Shown here: positions 12,117 to 23,965 of the stretch, in pieces
Numbering within the stretch: the stretch's first letter is position 1
Layout of the letters: every line of letters starts with the position of its first letter
Source: Eledone cirrhosa
Lineage: Eukaryota
DNA: 64,000 bases
Reading direction: 5' to 3'
NCBI GenBank assembly: GCA_964016885.1
Contig: OZ024742.1
Coordinates: 244,962,001 to 245,026,000 of the forward strand
Made by a program: the position numbers and the translations under genes
The notes under the pieces: generated by a model
What the model was told of the DNA's origin: nothing
The model's input: only the letters and a program-made list of their open reading frames with translations
Database searches by the model: none

Positions 12117-14006
12117 TATCCATATCATAATCTATTTTGCCCTTCGAAGCGATCGTAAAACAATGAATTAATTTAAGTATTAAACCTTGTCTTATTTGTT
12201 TCCACGATTCAACTTTATATAAATGATATTAAATATTAGAGTCAGCTCTACACACCAGTTTGATATTGACAAAAAACAACACAGCTACACCAAACAAAAG
12301 ATACGTAGTTCAGTTTCCATCATTCGTTTCACAGTTTCTTTTCGATCTCAAATTGTCTTACAAATAAGATAATGTTTAAGGAGTTCATCCTTACCAAACA
12401 CACACTGGCACACTGTATACGTGTATATATGTATGTGTGTGCGTGTTCGTACATGCGTTCATGCACAGAAAAATCTTTTTTTGTTTGTTTTGCAGGAGCT
12501 GGTTGCTTAGAAACAGGAATGGAAGGGGATTTCTTTCTTTTTTTTCCCCTGTCTCTCTTGGAATTATTTCCAAATAAATTAGATACTAGGTATATTTGGT
12601 CGACAAGTAAAGCAAGAGACAGTTAATTAACATCATTGCTGCTTCAAAATTTCGCTGTCATATAGCATGTAAAGTTACTGACTGTGAACGAATCTATGTG
12701 CAGAAGGTTTGGACAGGGAAAGTGGGTCGATCGTAATCTGCTTCAGCTCATTGGGACTTTGACCAGAATAAACGTATAAAGAAAGCGAAATGAATTATTG
12801 ATATTCTACTACGGAAGTGACTGAGAAGGAAGCATATGTCAAACACGTACGTAGACGCACGTACACCCAAACAAACGCAAACACACTCACGTATACTCAC
12901 GTACACTCACTTCCAGACATACACATATGCTGACACACATACTTGCAGGCTTGCACATATGCAGACATACTCGTACGTGTACGCACATATATAGATGTAG
13001 TAAAAAAAAAAGGGGCTGGGGAGAGAAAGGGAGTATATGATTCTAGCAATGTTTGTTGCTATGCAATTGATTCAATGTAATTCAGTGACATTGTGGAAGA
13101 AGAGCAGGAATTTCCTACAATATTATCTACAACTAAATTAACATCTCTACTACCGAGAATGATAAAGAGTTTGCTAAAGTTGATCCATATTTTAGAGATG
13201 TTGACATTTAATGTAATTGATAGTGTAAGGTCACTTCTCTTCTGTCAAATAACAAAGGAAAGAAAAAGAAAAAAAAAACAACTCTCAGGAACGAATGAAA
13301 AAAATATATATATATAAAATTAAAAAAAAAAGTATTTTCTAGAAAAATTTTAAGAGAATTTTTTTTATAGTCCATAAAGTGTATTTTCATTTTAAATCCA
13401 TGTAGTAGTCAGTCGATCGACTTTCATCAAATCGGACCGATGAAATAATGTTTCCATTGGTCTTTCCAATTGCTAATACTATCTATCGGTCACAAATCCA
13501 GGTAGAAAGAGCAACGTGAAATAAAGAAACTTGCTCAAGGACATAACGCATCGCCCGGTCCGGTAATCAAACTCACGATTGCAAATCCAATTCTCTAGCA
13601 ACTCAGCCACGCGCCTTAGTAGCAATCAATGTGGTTTTATTGCATTATATATAAATCACTATGTATGTATGGACCCTTAACACCTAATAGAATCGTAGGG
13701 GTGCCGCAGATTCATACACCGTGTCTTGGGCATTTTAAGCCAGGCGGAGGCCTTACTCTCCCTCTTCAGGTGTGAATACAGCCGATTTTTTCTAGAGAAT
13801 GGAACAGAGAGAGCCGACCCGATCCCAGTACTTTACTCCCCTCCCCCCTGCAAGAATGAAAGTTAAAGTTGACCCCGGTGGATTTTCAACTCTGAACGCA
13901 GAGAGCGGGAATGATTACCGCAAAGCATTCTATCTGATGTTTTAACGACTCTGCCAATCGACAGGCTTGATAAATCGCTACGGAGATTGATATTTCAAAT
14001 ATACAG

Positions 14007-14347
14007 TAATACTAAATAATTGTTTCTACTTTAGGCACAAGGCCAGCAACTGGTACTTTATTTTATCGACCTCGTAAGGGTGAAAGGCAAAGCTAACCTC
14101 GGCGGGGTTTGAACTCAGAACGTAAAGGGCCATAACTTTATGCTGCAAAGCATTGTCTGATGCTCTACCGATACTGCTGCCAATCCACCACCTAATACTA
14201 AATAATTGTTTCTACTTTAGGCACAATTTAGGCGCAATTACCCAGTACATTACTGGTACTTTATTTTATCGACCCCGTAAGGATGAAAGGCAAAGTTAAC
14301 CCCGGTATCTACTGATACTGCCAATCCACTGCTTAATACTAAATAAT
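14007..14347 (-). mobile_element. Two tandem SINE family A copies sharing target duplications
   Basis: TAATACTAAATAAT at 14007, 14193 and 14334. Confidence 0.85.
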
Positions 14348-14816
14348 AGATAATCATTCTTTTAACTGTCATATCCAGCTGCAGGATGTACATCCTGACG
14401 ATGGAACATTCTAACATTAGAAACAGAAGTTTGGCAGATAGTAATCTGATTCTTTAGCAACCAGTCGATTTAACTTTCATACATATAAACTGTAATGTGT
14501 TAAACATACCATGTAAGCAATCTATAACGGATATATTGCTTCTCAGGCCTAAGTTCAAATATAATACTTTGACGGAGAGACATTGTAATGTTTTAAAGAA
14601 TAGCAGAGATAAAAAGTAAAAGCAAGATGAATTCTGAGTTCAAATCCTACCGAAACCAACTTTGCTTTTCATCATTCCAAGGTCAAAATAATAAAATACA
14701 CGTCAAGTACGATGGTCTATTTATTCGAATGCCCACATCTCCCCACCAAACAAACAACAACGAAACACAAACAAATCATGTTCCTATAGCTATGTTAGAA
14801 TATATATATCTCACGT

Positions 14817-15218
14817 TATAACGGGTTTTAGGGTCAATTCTTAATATACATAATAGAGATCAGAAGGCATTTAGAACATTGACTAAATCCATTATCGATG
14901 TTGTAACTCTATTTATTAGTTGTACAGGTTGAACGGATACATTAGGTACAGGTCGTATCTACATGTGTAGGATGTAGTTTGGTCCGCTTCATTGCAAGAT
15001 GGAGATGTTGTTAGCAGCGAGGAGTGTAGCCTGGTCTTGTCGATAAGAGAGGTGCGTGTAGACTAATGTCTCTCTTGGTCACCTCCGCTCACCTGGTGAC
15101 GTAGTTCTGGACAGTCCAATTAGTGCACCGAAGGTTTCGATTGGCTCACACTTCAGCCAACTTACCTCCGTAACACCATTCCGCCGCAGAAGGAAAATAC
15201 ATTTCATTCACTGTTACA
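14817..15218 (-). repeat. 3' LTR of the Gypsy element
   Basis: Direct repeat of 20163-20564; on minus reads TGTAAC...GTTATA; minus-strand AATAAA at 14912-14917. Confidence 0.95.
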
Positions 15219-15230
15219 TCACCCCCTGCT
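15219..15230 (-). promoter_or_regulatory. Polypurine tract
   Basis: Minus strand AGCAGGGGGTGA immediately before the TG of the 3' LTR. Confidence 0.8.
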
Positions 15231-15440
15231 TAGGCTTACAGCCGACAGAGAAATAAGGGTAGCAGTTGAATGAAAGAAAAAGTACTATATAATAGTAAAC
15301 ACAATAAAATATATCACTGATAAAGAAATGTTCATATTACAGGAAAGTCAGAAATAGTGTAATGTTCACCTTAGTTCATACATTTAATACAAATACAAGG
15401 GCGGAGCAAACTCCAAGAAGATTGCTGTAAATAACATAGT

Positions 15441-18400
15441 TCATATATAAAGAGTCTTGCAAAGCTTCTTGGGCCAATGTACTCGCCGACCGCTACGTGT
15501 GGTGGTGACATATGTAGGTGTAGGTGTGTGCGATGTTATATGTGTATTGTGGCTTGGCTGATGCCAGGTGTATGTGGGGGGAAAATGGGGCTCTTGTGTG
15601 AGAGTGTCTGTATAGGCCCGTTTTACCCTGTCAATGGACACAGTCTCTTTTTTACCCCCAATGTCTAGGGTGAATAGCTTATCTGTGCGCTCAAGCACGC
15701 GATAGGGACCGGTATAAGGTGGCATGAGAGGAGCTCTCACGGCGTCCTTTCGTAAAAAGACGTGGGTCCATGAAGCAATGTCTTTCGGGACCGAAGATTT
15801 GATTGTCTGTTGGCGAGGGTGCATAGGCGGAAGATTGCTGAAATATGATTGCAGTCTGCTCACATACAGAGCTGGGTCTGTTGCTGGTAGGTCCAATGGA
15901 GCTAACATCTGACCAGGCAGAGATATAGGCACTCCGTAAACCAACTCGGCGGGGGAGTAGCCTAGATCTTCCTTGATGGCTGCACGACAGCCCAGGAGGA
16001 CAATTGGTACATATTCGCTCCACCGCTGCTGATCCGGATAAGCGCGCAGTGCGGCTTTCAATTGGCGGTGGAAGCGTTCAATCATTCCGTTAGAAGCTGG
16101 ATGGTAGCTGGTCGTTCGAATGCGTTGCATTCCCAGGATCCTTGAAAGCTCTCGGAAAAGGTGTGACTCAAATTGTCCACCGCGGTCAGTGGTGATAGTG
16201 GCTGGAACTCCGTAACACGATATCCAACCCGACACTAGAGCTCGCGCCACAGATTCCGCCGAAATGTCACTTAAAGGAATGGCTTCAGGCCAACGTGTGA
16301 AGCGATCTATGCAGGTCAGGAGGTATGTAAATCCTCGGCTGACCGGCCATGGTCCGACAAGATCTATATGGACATGGCTGAACCTAGCGTCTGGAGTGCT
16401 GAAAGTTCCAAGGGGTGCGCGGATGTGTTTGTGCACCTTTGACTTTTGGCAGGATAGGCAGGAACGTGTCCAGGCAGTGATGTCACGCCTCATATTAGGC
16501 CAGAAGAATCTAGCCGAAATGAGCTTCACTGTGGTCGATATTCCAGGGTGTGCCAGACCGTGCAAGGTGTCGAAAACTGCTCGACGATGAGTCACTGGCA
16601 CTAGAGGGCGAGGTGCATCTGTCGAGGTGTCGCAGATAATCTGTGTGTCCGAAGTGGGCACAGGCAGATATGCAAATTTGCCAGTTGCAAATTCAGAAGA
16701 CGAGAGGTCCAAAGTATCCAGAGGTGGTTGTTCTGTGGCCATTCGTTGGAGGTCGATTTCCGCTGGCGATGACAGGGAATTAATTGGGAGGCGAGACAGT
16801 GCATATGCCGCCGCATTCTGTTCACCAGAGATGTGTCGGATATCGCTGGTAAATTGCGAAACGAAGTCCAAGTGGCGAGTTTCGCGAGGTGAATATTTGT
16901 CCGGCTTAGAACGCAGTGCGAACGTAAGCGGACGGTGGTCAGTGTATATAACAAATTGGCGACCCTCCAGTGAATGCCGAAAGTGTTTCACTGCAAGGTA
17001 CATAGCCAAGAGTTCACGGCCGAATGTGCTATACCGTGTTTCTGCAGGCTTCAGCTGTTTAGAAAAGTAGGCAAGAGGTTGTAACTGTTGTTGGTGATGT
17101 TGCAGTACTGCACCTACAGCTGTGCTTGATGCATCAACAACCAGTGAAAACTGGGCACCAGACACAGGATGTGCAAGCAGTGATGTCTCCGCAAGCTTCC
17201 GCTTCACTTCGTCGAAGGCTTTTAGCTGATTCGTGTCCAATGAAATGGAATCGTTCTTCTTTTTCCTGTTACGTAACAGGTCGGACAGAGGAGACAGGAG
17301 ATCCGCACAGTGTGGGATAAAGCGCCTGTAATAGTTCAGTAGCCCAAGGAAATGTCGTAGTTGACGAAGTGAAGTGGGTGGTTGGAGGTCTTGTACCGCT
17401 TTCACTTTATCAGGTAGTGGCGAAATTCCTTCTGGGCTGATGACATGGCCCAAGAAGACAAGTGAGGAAGCACCGAAAACACATTTTGCCGGATTAATTC
17501 TCACTTGGTATTTTTGAAATCTCTCGAACAGGAGACGGAGGTGATTGACATGTTCCTCAGGTGAGGCACTTGCCACAAGAATGTCGTCGATGTAGTTGTA
17601 CACGAAGTCTAAATCGCGCACAACCTCATCCATAAATCGTTGGAACGTGCTGGCTGCGTTTCGCAAACCGAAAGGCATGGTCAAAAATTCAAACGCTCCA
17701 AATGGAGTTGTTACTGCAGTTTTAGGTATGTCTGCCGGGTTCACCGGGATTTGGTGGTATGCTTTGACCAAATCCAATTTGGAGAATATGTTGCATCCAT
17801 GCAGCGAAGATGCAAAATCCTGTATGTGTGGTATCGGGTAGCGGTCGGGTACCGTCATTGCATTTAACCGGCGAAAGTCCCCAGTGGGACGCCAATCACC
17901 GGAACGCTTTGGTACCAAATGCAAGGGTGCGGCCCACGGGCTTGAGGATGGGCGAATGATCCCGAGCTGCAGCATGTGATTGAATTCAGCCCTTGCGGCC
18001 TTCAGTTTCTCAGCAGAGAGACGGCGAGGGCGCGAAAACACAGGAGCTCCGGATGTTTCAATGTGGTGCTTGGTGGAGTGAGTAGGCTCACTCATCACAA
18101 AATTCAAATTTGTTAATTCCGGGAAGGAATGCAAAAGTGATTGGTAAGGATTTTCTGTAGCAGCGATAAAGAAGACCGGGCTGACCGACGAGACAGTCGA
18201 TCTGGTACCCGGCACAGACAGTTCTGTGTTGGCATCCAACAACCGGCGTCTGCGCATATCCACTATCAAGTTATAGTGGTGCAGGAAATCTGAGCCTAGG
18301 ATGGGGTAAGGCAGATCAGCAACAGTGAAGATCCACGTGAAATCTCTACGCAATTCTAGGTTCAAAGAACGAGAAATCTGACCGTACGTGGGGATCGGTG

Positions 18401-18617
18401 ACTGGTTTACTGCTTGCAGAGAGACGGTTGAGAGTTGGGGCTTCTCTTTGAGAAGTTTTAGCGGCCAAATGCTACAAGCCGCGCCGGTGTCGATCAGACA
18501 ACGTGCTTGCGACTCAGTGTCTGTGATGAAAAACACACGGTTATTAGGGAGGGTCAGAGGAGACTGTGCCGTGCTCAGGTCTCCTGAAATCTGTTTCTCT
18601 GGTCTGAAAATGTACAA
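15441..18617 (-). CDS. pol: Pol polyprotein (protease, RT, RNase H, integrase), probably expressed by -1 frameshift from gag
   Basis: Uninterrupted 1058-aa ORF: LIDTGA protease; PFGLRNA and YIDD (RT); VDAS..ELLA..TDH (RNase H); HxxxH/CxxC, D,D-E and GPY (integrase). Overlaps the end of gag in the -1 frame. Confidence 0.95.
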   Translation of the reverse strand: MYIFRPEKQISGDLSTAQSPLTLPNNRVFFITDTESQARCLIDTGAACSIWPLKLLKEKPQLSTVSLQAVNQSPIPTYGQISRSLNLELRRDFTWIFTVADLPYPILGSDFLHHYNLIVDMRRRRLLDANTELSVPGTRSTVSSVSPVFFIAATENPYQSLLHSFPELTNLNFVMSEPTHSTKHHIETSGAPVFSRPRRLSAEKLKAARAEFNHMLQLGIIRPSSSPWAAPLHLVPKRSGDWRPTGDFRRLNAMTVPDRYPIPHIQDFASSLHGCNIFSKLDLVKAYHQIPVNPADIPKTAVTTPFGAFEFLTMPFGLRNAASTFQRFMDEVVRDLDFVYNYIDDILVASASPEEHVNHLRLLFERFQKYQVRINPAKCVFGASSLVFLGHVISPEGISPLPDKVKAVQDLQPPTSLRQLRHFLGLLNYYRRFIPHCADLLSPLSDLLRNRKKKNDSISLDTNQLKAFDEVKRKLAETSLLAHPVSGAQFSLVVDASSTAVGAVLQHHQQQLQPLAYFSKQLKPAETRYSTFGRELLAMYLAVKHFRHSLEGRQFVIYTDHRPLTFALRSKPDKYSPRETRHLDFVSQFTSDIRHISGEQNAAAYALSRLPINSLSSPAEIDLQRMATEQPPLDTLDLSSSEFATGKFAYLPVPTSDTQIICDTSTDAPRPLVPVTHRRAVFDTLHGLAHPGISTTVKLISARFFWPNMRRDITAWTRSCLSCQKSKVHKHIRAPLGTFSTPDARFSHVHIDLVGPWPVSRGFTYLLTCIDRFTRWPEAIPLSDISAESVARALVSGWISCYGVPATITTDRGGQFESHLFRELSRILGMQRIRTTSYHPASNGMIERFHRQLKAALRAYPDQQRWSEYVPIVLLGCRAAIKEDLGYSPAELVYGVPISLPGQMLAPLDLPATDPALYVSRLQSYFSNLPPMHPRQQTIKSSVPKDIASWTHVFLRKDAVRAPLMPPYTGPYRVLERTDKLFTLDIGGKKETVSIDRVKRAYTDTLTQEPHFPPTYTWHQPSHNTHITSHTPTPTYVTTTRSGRRVHWPKKLCKTLYI

Positions 18618-19483
18618 GGCTGTTTACAGGAGCGTGCTGCTGCGCCAAAACGGCTGTGGTAGTAACACAAACCTGAACTGCTTGTGTGACGGCGTCGTGG
18701 CGATGGTGAACGGCTCTGGAAACGGCGTCTGGGCGAATGAGCCCTGTGAGTGCTTAGTTTTCTCACTTCCTTGGTTAGCTGCTCTATTGCTTGCAGCATT
18801 GCTGCATTTGCAAGTGACTGGTCGGTATAACTGGCAGCCGCTGGAGTGAAGGAAGCGACCGCAGTCGGCGGCTGGGATACATTGAAGGAGACAGGAGCGA
18901 ACGGATTGACCGCAGCCGGTGGCTGAGGTGCCTGGAAGGAGGCAGGAGAGAACGGATTGACCGCAGCCGGTGGCTGAGGTGCCTGGAAGGGGGCAAATGA
19001 GGCTGGGTGTCCGATGACACTCATAACCCTGTCGGCCGAAGCCGCTAGCTGGTCGACAGGAGCAGCCTCCATCATGGGCGCTAAGATCGCCTGAACTCCG
19101 GGGGGTAGCCTTGAGACAAAAAGCTGTCTAAGGAGGGCACTGTCAGCTGGGGCATCTTCCGCCAGCTCTCTCATCCGACGCAGTAGTTGTGTGGGCGTCC
19201 GATCACCCAAATGTTCGTCATTGACGAGCGTCTGAAATTTTTTTTCTGCGGACAATGTGGTCCGCCGCAACACTTCGAGCTTCACGCTCTCATAGGAGAC
19301 CCCAGGGCGAGGATCGGTAATTAAGTCTTTGACGACCGACGTCAATGACGCTGGAAAAGCGCTTAACAGGAGATTTAACTGTCTGTGGTCACTGGTGATG
19401 TTATTCGCTGTGAAATGTGCTTCTATCTGGGCGAACCAGACAGTGACGTCACCGGTAAACGGTGGCAATGAAGTGCTACCCAT
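18575..19483 (-). CDS. gag: Gag protein (302 aa from the first ATG) with CHCC zinc knuckle
   Basis: ORF 18575-19513, ATG at 19483 ([18 protein letters not shown]); C-terminal [18 protein letters not shown]; internal duplicated [13 protein letters not shown] (51-nt repeat). Confidence 0.9.
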   Translation of the reverse strand: MGSTSLPPFTGDVTVWFAQIEAHFTANNITSDHRQLNLLLSAFPASLTSVVKDLITDPRPGVSYESVKLEVLRRTTLSAEKKFQTLVNDEHLGDRTPTQLLRRMRELAEDAPADSALLRQLFVSRLPPGVQAILAPMMEAAPVDQLAASADRVMSVIGHPASFAPFQAPQPPAAVNPFSPASFQAPQPPAAVNPFAPVSFNVSQPPTAVASFTPAAASYTDQSLANAAMLQAIEQLTKEVRKLSTHRAHSPRRRFQSRSPSPRRRHTSSSGLCYYHSRFGAAARSCKQPCTFSDQRNRFQET

Positions 19484-20142
19484 TGTGTATACTGATGTAA
19501 AAGCAAAGGGCAAAGAAAGGACAACTCTGCACTTGTCACCGAGACAAAAGTGAAAATTCAGGCCAAGAAAAAATATAATCCGAGTGAAGGACAGAAAAAG
19601 AAAAATATATCAAAAACAATGTTGGAGGGAAAAACGTCAAGCTTTAAAAAAAAAAATTATGATTTATCTTTGTCCTATTATTATTATTATTATTATTTTT
19701 TTTTTTTTTTTGTGTACTTTTCAAAATGGCGTTGCCTCCGTCATTTTGGCGGGAAAACAGCTGAAGAAGACGGAAGTCGGCCATCTTGCTCTGTCCGGCT
19801 ATCAGCGCCAACAGTTTTTCTTTTAGTTTTTTTATAGCGTCGCCCAATCAGAAATTTAGAGGGAAAAATAAGATTTTTGTATTAACGCATGTGTTCGGTG
19901 ATGTTAGAAAGTGAAGGTGTGATGTGCAGATTTAGTAACAATAAGACAATATATCAAATACATATTAGGACTCACGCTAATCGCGTACATACCCCGAGAA
20001 AAGGCGAGTGGCTTTTTTTTTGGGGGGGGGGGGGGGGATGCGAAATGTTGATGTGTTCGTTGCAACGGAAAGATGTGGTTTCTTCTGTGTTGATGTCCTT
20101 AAACGTTCGGGTCACCATTTATAATGTGATTTGTTGTATCGT

Positions 20143-20160
20143 ATCACGTCGGGGTCACCA
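20143..20160 (-). promoter_or_regulatory. Primer binding site, tRNA-Trp
   Basis: Minus strand TGGTGACCCCGACGTGAT, the 18-nt complement of the tRNA-Trp 3' end, 2 nt from the 5' LTR. Confidence 0.9.
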
Positions 20161-20162
20161 TT

Positions 20163-20564
20163 TATAACGGGTTTTAGGGTCAATTCTTAATATACATAAT
20201 AGAGATCAGAAGGCATTTAGAACATTGACTAAATCCATTATCGATGTTGTAACTCTATTTATTAGTTGTACAGGTTGAACGGATACATTAGGTACAGGTC
20301 GTATCTACACGTGTAGGATGTAGTTTGGTCCGCTTCATTGCAAGATGGAGATGTTGTTAGCAGCGAGGAGTGTAGCCTGGTCTTGTCGATAAGAGAGGTG
20401 CGTGTAGACTAATGTCTCTCTTGGTCACCTCCGCTCACCTGGTGACGTAGTTCTGGACAGTCCAATTAGTGCACCGAAGGTTTCGATTGGCTCACACTTC
20501 AGCCAACTTACCTCCGTAACACCATTCCGCCGCAGAAGGAAAATACATTTCATTCACTGTTACA
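20163..20564 (-). repeat. 5' LTR of the Gypsy element
   Basis: Direct repeat of 14817-15218; followed on minus by 2 nt and then the PBS. Confidence 0.95.
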
Positions 20565-20810
20565 ACGTGGCTTAGTGGTTAGAGAATTTGATTTCTAGTC
20601 GTGAGGTTGCGTATTCGATTCCCAGACCGAGCAATGCGTTATGCCCTTGAGCAAGACACTTTATTTCATGTTGCTCTTTCTGTCAGGAATTACGACCGGT
20701 AGACCGTATCAGCAATAGAAAGACCAATGGAAACATTGTTTCCTTTGTTTGACGAGTCCTACCCCACTCGGTAAGCGAGTGGGGTTTGGGACCTTGTCGA
20801 TCGATCTCGC
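20565..20810 (+). mobile_element. tRNA-derived SINE family B (CORE-like)
   Basis: Box A TGGCTTAGTGG, box B-like TTCGATTCC, CCTTGAGCAAGACACTT core. Other copies at about 13440-13617 (minus), 33188-35430 (split by a minisatellite), 61049-61262; related element 37915-38195. Confidence 0.8.
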
Positions 20811-21254
20811 CTGAATGTTAATAGGGACAGCGTAGTCTGATAATAAACTATTGGACTATCACTACTTGTTTTCAGAATATATTTTCAGTGTAGGCGTTTT
20901 GTTGAAAAACATCTACGTGTAAATCTCGTTGTCTGGAATAAGTATCTGTTTGTTGGTTTTGTTGTAGATGTTTCCTACGATAGGTTGTTGTCCCGTTTAC
21001 GAGAGGATTAATCTGTTATCTATCTAATGCCGTTGGTTTCACATTTAAACCTTATCTTTATAAACTTTTGTGACTGGTAGAAACCCTTTCTCTATATTTC
21101 TATATCAAAACAACAAATTACACGGTAATCAGTATGAGATCCCTATTAATTTGGGATTAAAGGAGGCTTAGTCAAACAAGATCCATGCTCAGGATGACAT
21201 CAAATCAATGTTTTAATGCATGCATGCATACATACAGACATGCATGCATACACA

Positions 21255-21440
21255 TCTATACAAAACTAATGAGAAATCTGCAGATACTCCACCCTGACTA
21301 TACCTTCACATTTATGCCTGTGATTATTGGGGCACTGGGATATGTTAGTAACTGCCTCAATACAAATCTTGAGAATCTGGGCTTCACAGAAACAGAAAGA
21401 AAACAAATAGTTAGGAAATTACAAGTACAATCCATTAATC
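21255..21440 (+). mobile_element. RLE-domain fragment of an R4/Dong/NeSL-type LINE
   Basis: Y..LMRNLQILHPDYTFTFMPVIIGALG. Confidence 0.65.
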
Positions 21441-21512
21441 ATTCACTCGCTCGCTCGCCTTTGGTGTGTTGCGAACGCAACACTGATTAGTAGACAGCAT
21501 GTTTACCGTAAG

Positions 21513-21550
<38 letters not shown>

Positions 21551-21633
21551 AAGTTTTATTTAAATTGTTGGGTTACAACGAGTAAATATTTATAACTGAT
21601 ATAAAAGCACTCAACAAGTATTTGGAGTATATT

Positions 21634-21999
21634 TACGATATTAAATAAATGGAAACTATATTTATAAAACCATATTTATTTCATTATACATATTTCAGGG
21701 ATATCATATTAAAAATATGGTATGCCTTCATCAGACAAAATACAATATAAACAGTCTTATAAATAGATAGATTTGACATACCTTACAACTTCAACTTCCA
21801 TTTAAAAATCAACTACCAAATCAACTTTTTAAATGGAAGTTGAAGTTGTAAGGTATGTCAAATCTATCTATTTATAAGACTGTTTATATTGTATTTTGTC
21901 TGATGAAGGCATACCATATTTTTAATATGATATCCCTGAAATATGTATAATGAATAAATATGGTTTTATAAATATAGTTTCCATTTATTTAATATCGTA
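21634..21999. repeat. Fold-back element, Penelope-like pLTR-derived
   Basis: Arms 21634-21808 / 21826-21999, near identical, 17-nt loop; about 85-bp unpaired extension on the left; TA tracts on both sides. Confidence 0.9.
21894..21955 (+). ncRNA. Minimal type-I hammerhead ribozyme motif
   Basis: TTTTGT-CTGATGA-AGG..CCT-GAAA-TATGTA-TA-ATGAAT with canonical core; mirror copy on minus in the left arm. Confidence 0.75.
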
Positions 22000-22135
22000 T
22001 ATATATATATATATATATATATATGTAGAGGTTATATTTAATTTGTTGGGATTCAACAAGCTTAAAAGTTTTTATAACTGATATAAAGCACTCAACAAGT
22101 TAGTGGAGTAAATACACAACATATTAAAAGATGGG

Positions 22136-22766
22136 AAACTATATTTATAAAACCATATTTATTTATTTTATTATACAAAGTTATCAAAGTTATATTTCAA
22201 GGGCGACCAAGGTAAATTATGGTGCGCTTTCATCAGATAAAATACAGATTTGTTTTATAAATAAATAGACATACCCGGAAAAAAACAACCTCAACGGTTG
22301 AAATTTGCTGGATAGTGGAGATACTTGAGCGTGATACAAAGTTGTGAGTGAGTATGTAAATGAGTGAGTATGCAATTTGAGAGGGAGAGAGATAAAGAGA
22401 ATAGATTCTCTTTATCTATTCTCTTTATCTCTCTCCCTCTCAAATGTTTGTCTCTCTCCTTTTTACATCTATTTTGTCTCTCTCCCTTTTACATCTATTT
22501 TCTTCCAACAGTTTAATTTAAATAAACCGTTGCTTTTTTCAATTTTTCCGACACTCATTTGCATACTCACTCACAACTCTGTGTCACCCTCAAGTATCTC
22601 CACTATCCAGCGAATTTCAACCGTTGAGGTTGTCTTTTTTCCGGGTATGTCAATATTTATTTATAAAACAAATTTGTATTTCATCTGATGAAAGCGTACC
22701 ATAATTTACCTTGGTCGCCCTTGAAATATATATAATAAAATAAATATGGTTTTATAAATATAGTTT
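22136..22766. repeat. Fold-back element related to the 21634 element
   Basis: Arms 22136-22366 / 22552-22766; left extension 22025-22135 similar to 21548-21655; GA/TC hairpin in the spacer (about 22379-22441). Confidence 0.85.
22679..22741 (+). ncRNA. Minimal type-I hammerhead ribozyme motif
   Basis: TTTCAT-CTGATGA-AAGCG..CGCCCTT-GAAA-TATATA-TA-ATAAAA with canonical core and palindromic stem III. Confidence 0.75.
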
Positions 22767-22785
22767 GCATTTATTAATTAATATA

Positions 22786-22974
22786 GGGCGGCGGATTGGC
22801 AGTATCGGTAGAGGGTCGGACGTTATGCTTTCCAGCATATTTATGTCCCTTTACGATCTGAGTTCAAATCCCGCCGAGGTTGACTTTGCCTTTCATCCTT
22901 ACGGGGTCGATGAAATAAAGTACCAGTAACGCACTGGGTAATTGCTGGCCTTGTGCCTAAAGTAGAAACAATTA
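22786..22974 (+). mobile_element. SINE family A
   Basis: Full-length; TTAATTAATATAG on both flanks. Further copies at about 25501-25688, 32131-32312 (minus), 32740-32920, 33007-33178, 39233-39417, 46478-46668, 62001-62072 (minus). Confidence 0.85.
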
Positions 22975-22983
22975 ATTAATATA

Positions 22984-23020
<37 letters not shown>

Positions 23021-23097
23021 ATATATTGAGTTAGAAACTCAAAATAGTCTCTTACAATTAAATAGCTCAAGGAAAGAGATTTTTCCGGGCCATGTAA

Positions 23098-23604
23098 TAT
23101 AATTGAATATATAAGAGAGATAACACAGATATATACATATATGTGTTCAAATTGTAAGGGACCAGATTCGCTAAGGTGAAAAAAATACTAACTATGAACA
23201 ATAGGGTTTGCCAGACTCAATTTAAAAGAATAAATCAAGAAAAGAAATACAAACCGATATTGGCACCCAGACAGATTTTGGTAATGCTGTTTCGCAATTT
23301 TAGTGAAGGGAATTACCAATTCTTTTGCTCATCAGTGGGTGTAAAAATTAGTAAACCCTTCACTTCTAAGTATCTCAGAAGACTGAATAGTGTACGTATA
23401 TAAAATAACGCACATGGCATCAGAACCCAGCGTGTCTCATAAACGTATACTCCTAAAAATAGCAGCCAAGTTTACTCGACTGAGTCTGGCAAACCCTATT
23501 GTTCATAGTTAGTATTTTTTTTCACCCTAGCGAATCTGGTCCCTTATGATTTGAACACATATATGTATATATCTGTGTTTATCTCTCTTTTATATTCAAT
23601 TATA
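23098..23604. repeat. Fold-back element between TA tracts
   Basis: Arms 23098-23219 / 23481-23604; only a degenerate GAACA-CATATATG-TA half-motif. Confidence 0.8.
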
Positions 23605-23965
23605 TATATCTATATATATATATATGTTCACCCAAACGGAAATAATTTAGGATATTGACATCCATACGAGCTAGATGAGAGAATAAAAAATTATTCATTG
23701 CGTAAAATATATGTCTGGGAAGGAATTTCCAGATTAATCTAGTTTTACGGATTAAGGGAGCTGAAAAAATAGATAGTATGGATATGGCTGTGAGAATAGG
23801 ATGAAGCAGGTTGCGATTAGTAGCTTAAAAAATGGAAAATTATGAAAAGTCATCACTCTATGTGGTTTTTCTAATTGGTTTCTGTCATAAAAGCTGAGAC
23901 TGGATCTACCGAAATAAGAAAACTGTTTCAATATTGCAATTGCATAAAAATCTTTCACATATCAT

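Larger units (their letters stand above)
14817..20564 (-). mobile_element. Full-length Ty3/Gypsy LTR retrotransposon, CsRn1 clade, very recent insertion
   Basis: Two 402-bp LTRs (14817-15218, 20163-20564) with one mismatch seen (T14964 vs C20310); 4-bp TSD ACGT (14813-14816, 20565-20568); tRNA-Trp PBS; PPT; gag followed by pol in PR-RT-RH-IN order. CHCC Gag motif, DTG protease and tRNA-Trp PBS are established CsRn1-clade traits. Confidence 0.95.

Noticed and set aside
14392-14445. CTGACGA..GAAAC motif (similar loose matches near 10410 and 45590-45740)
   Set aside because: Stems do not close convincingly; such motifs arise by chance in AT-rich DNA.
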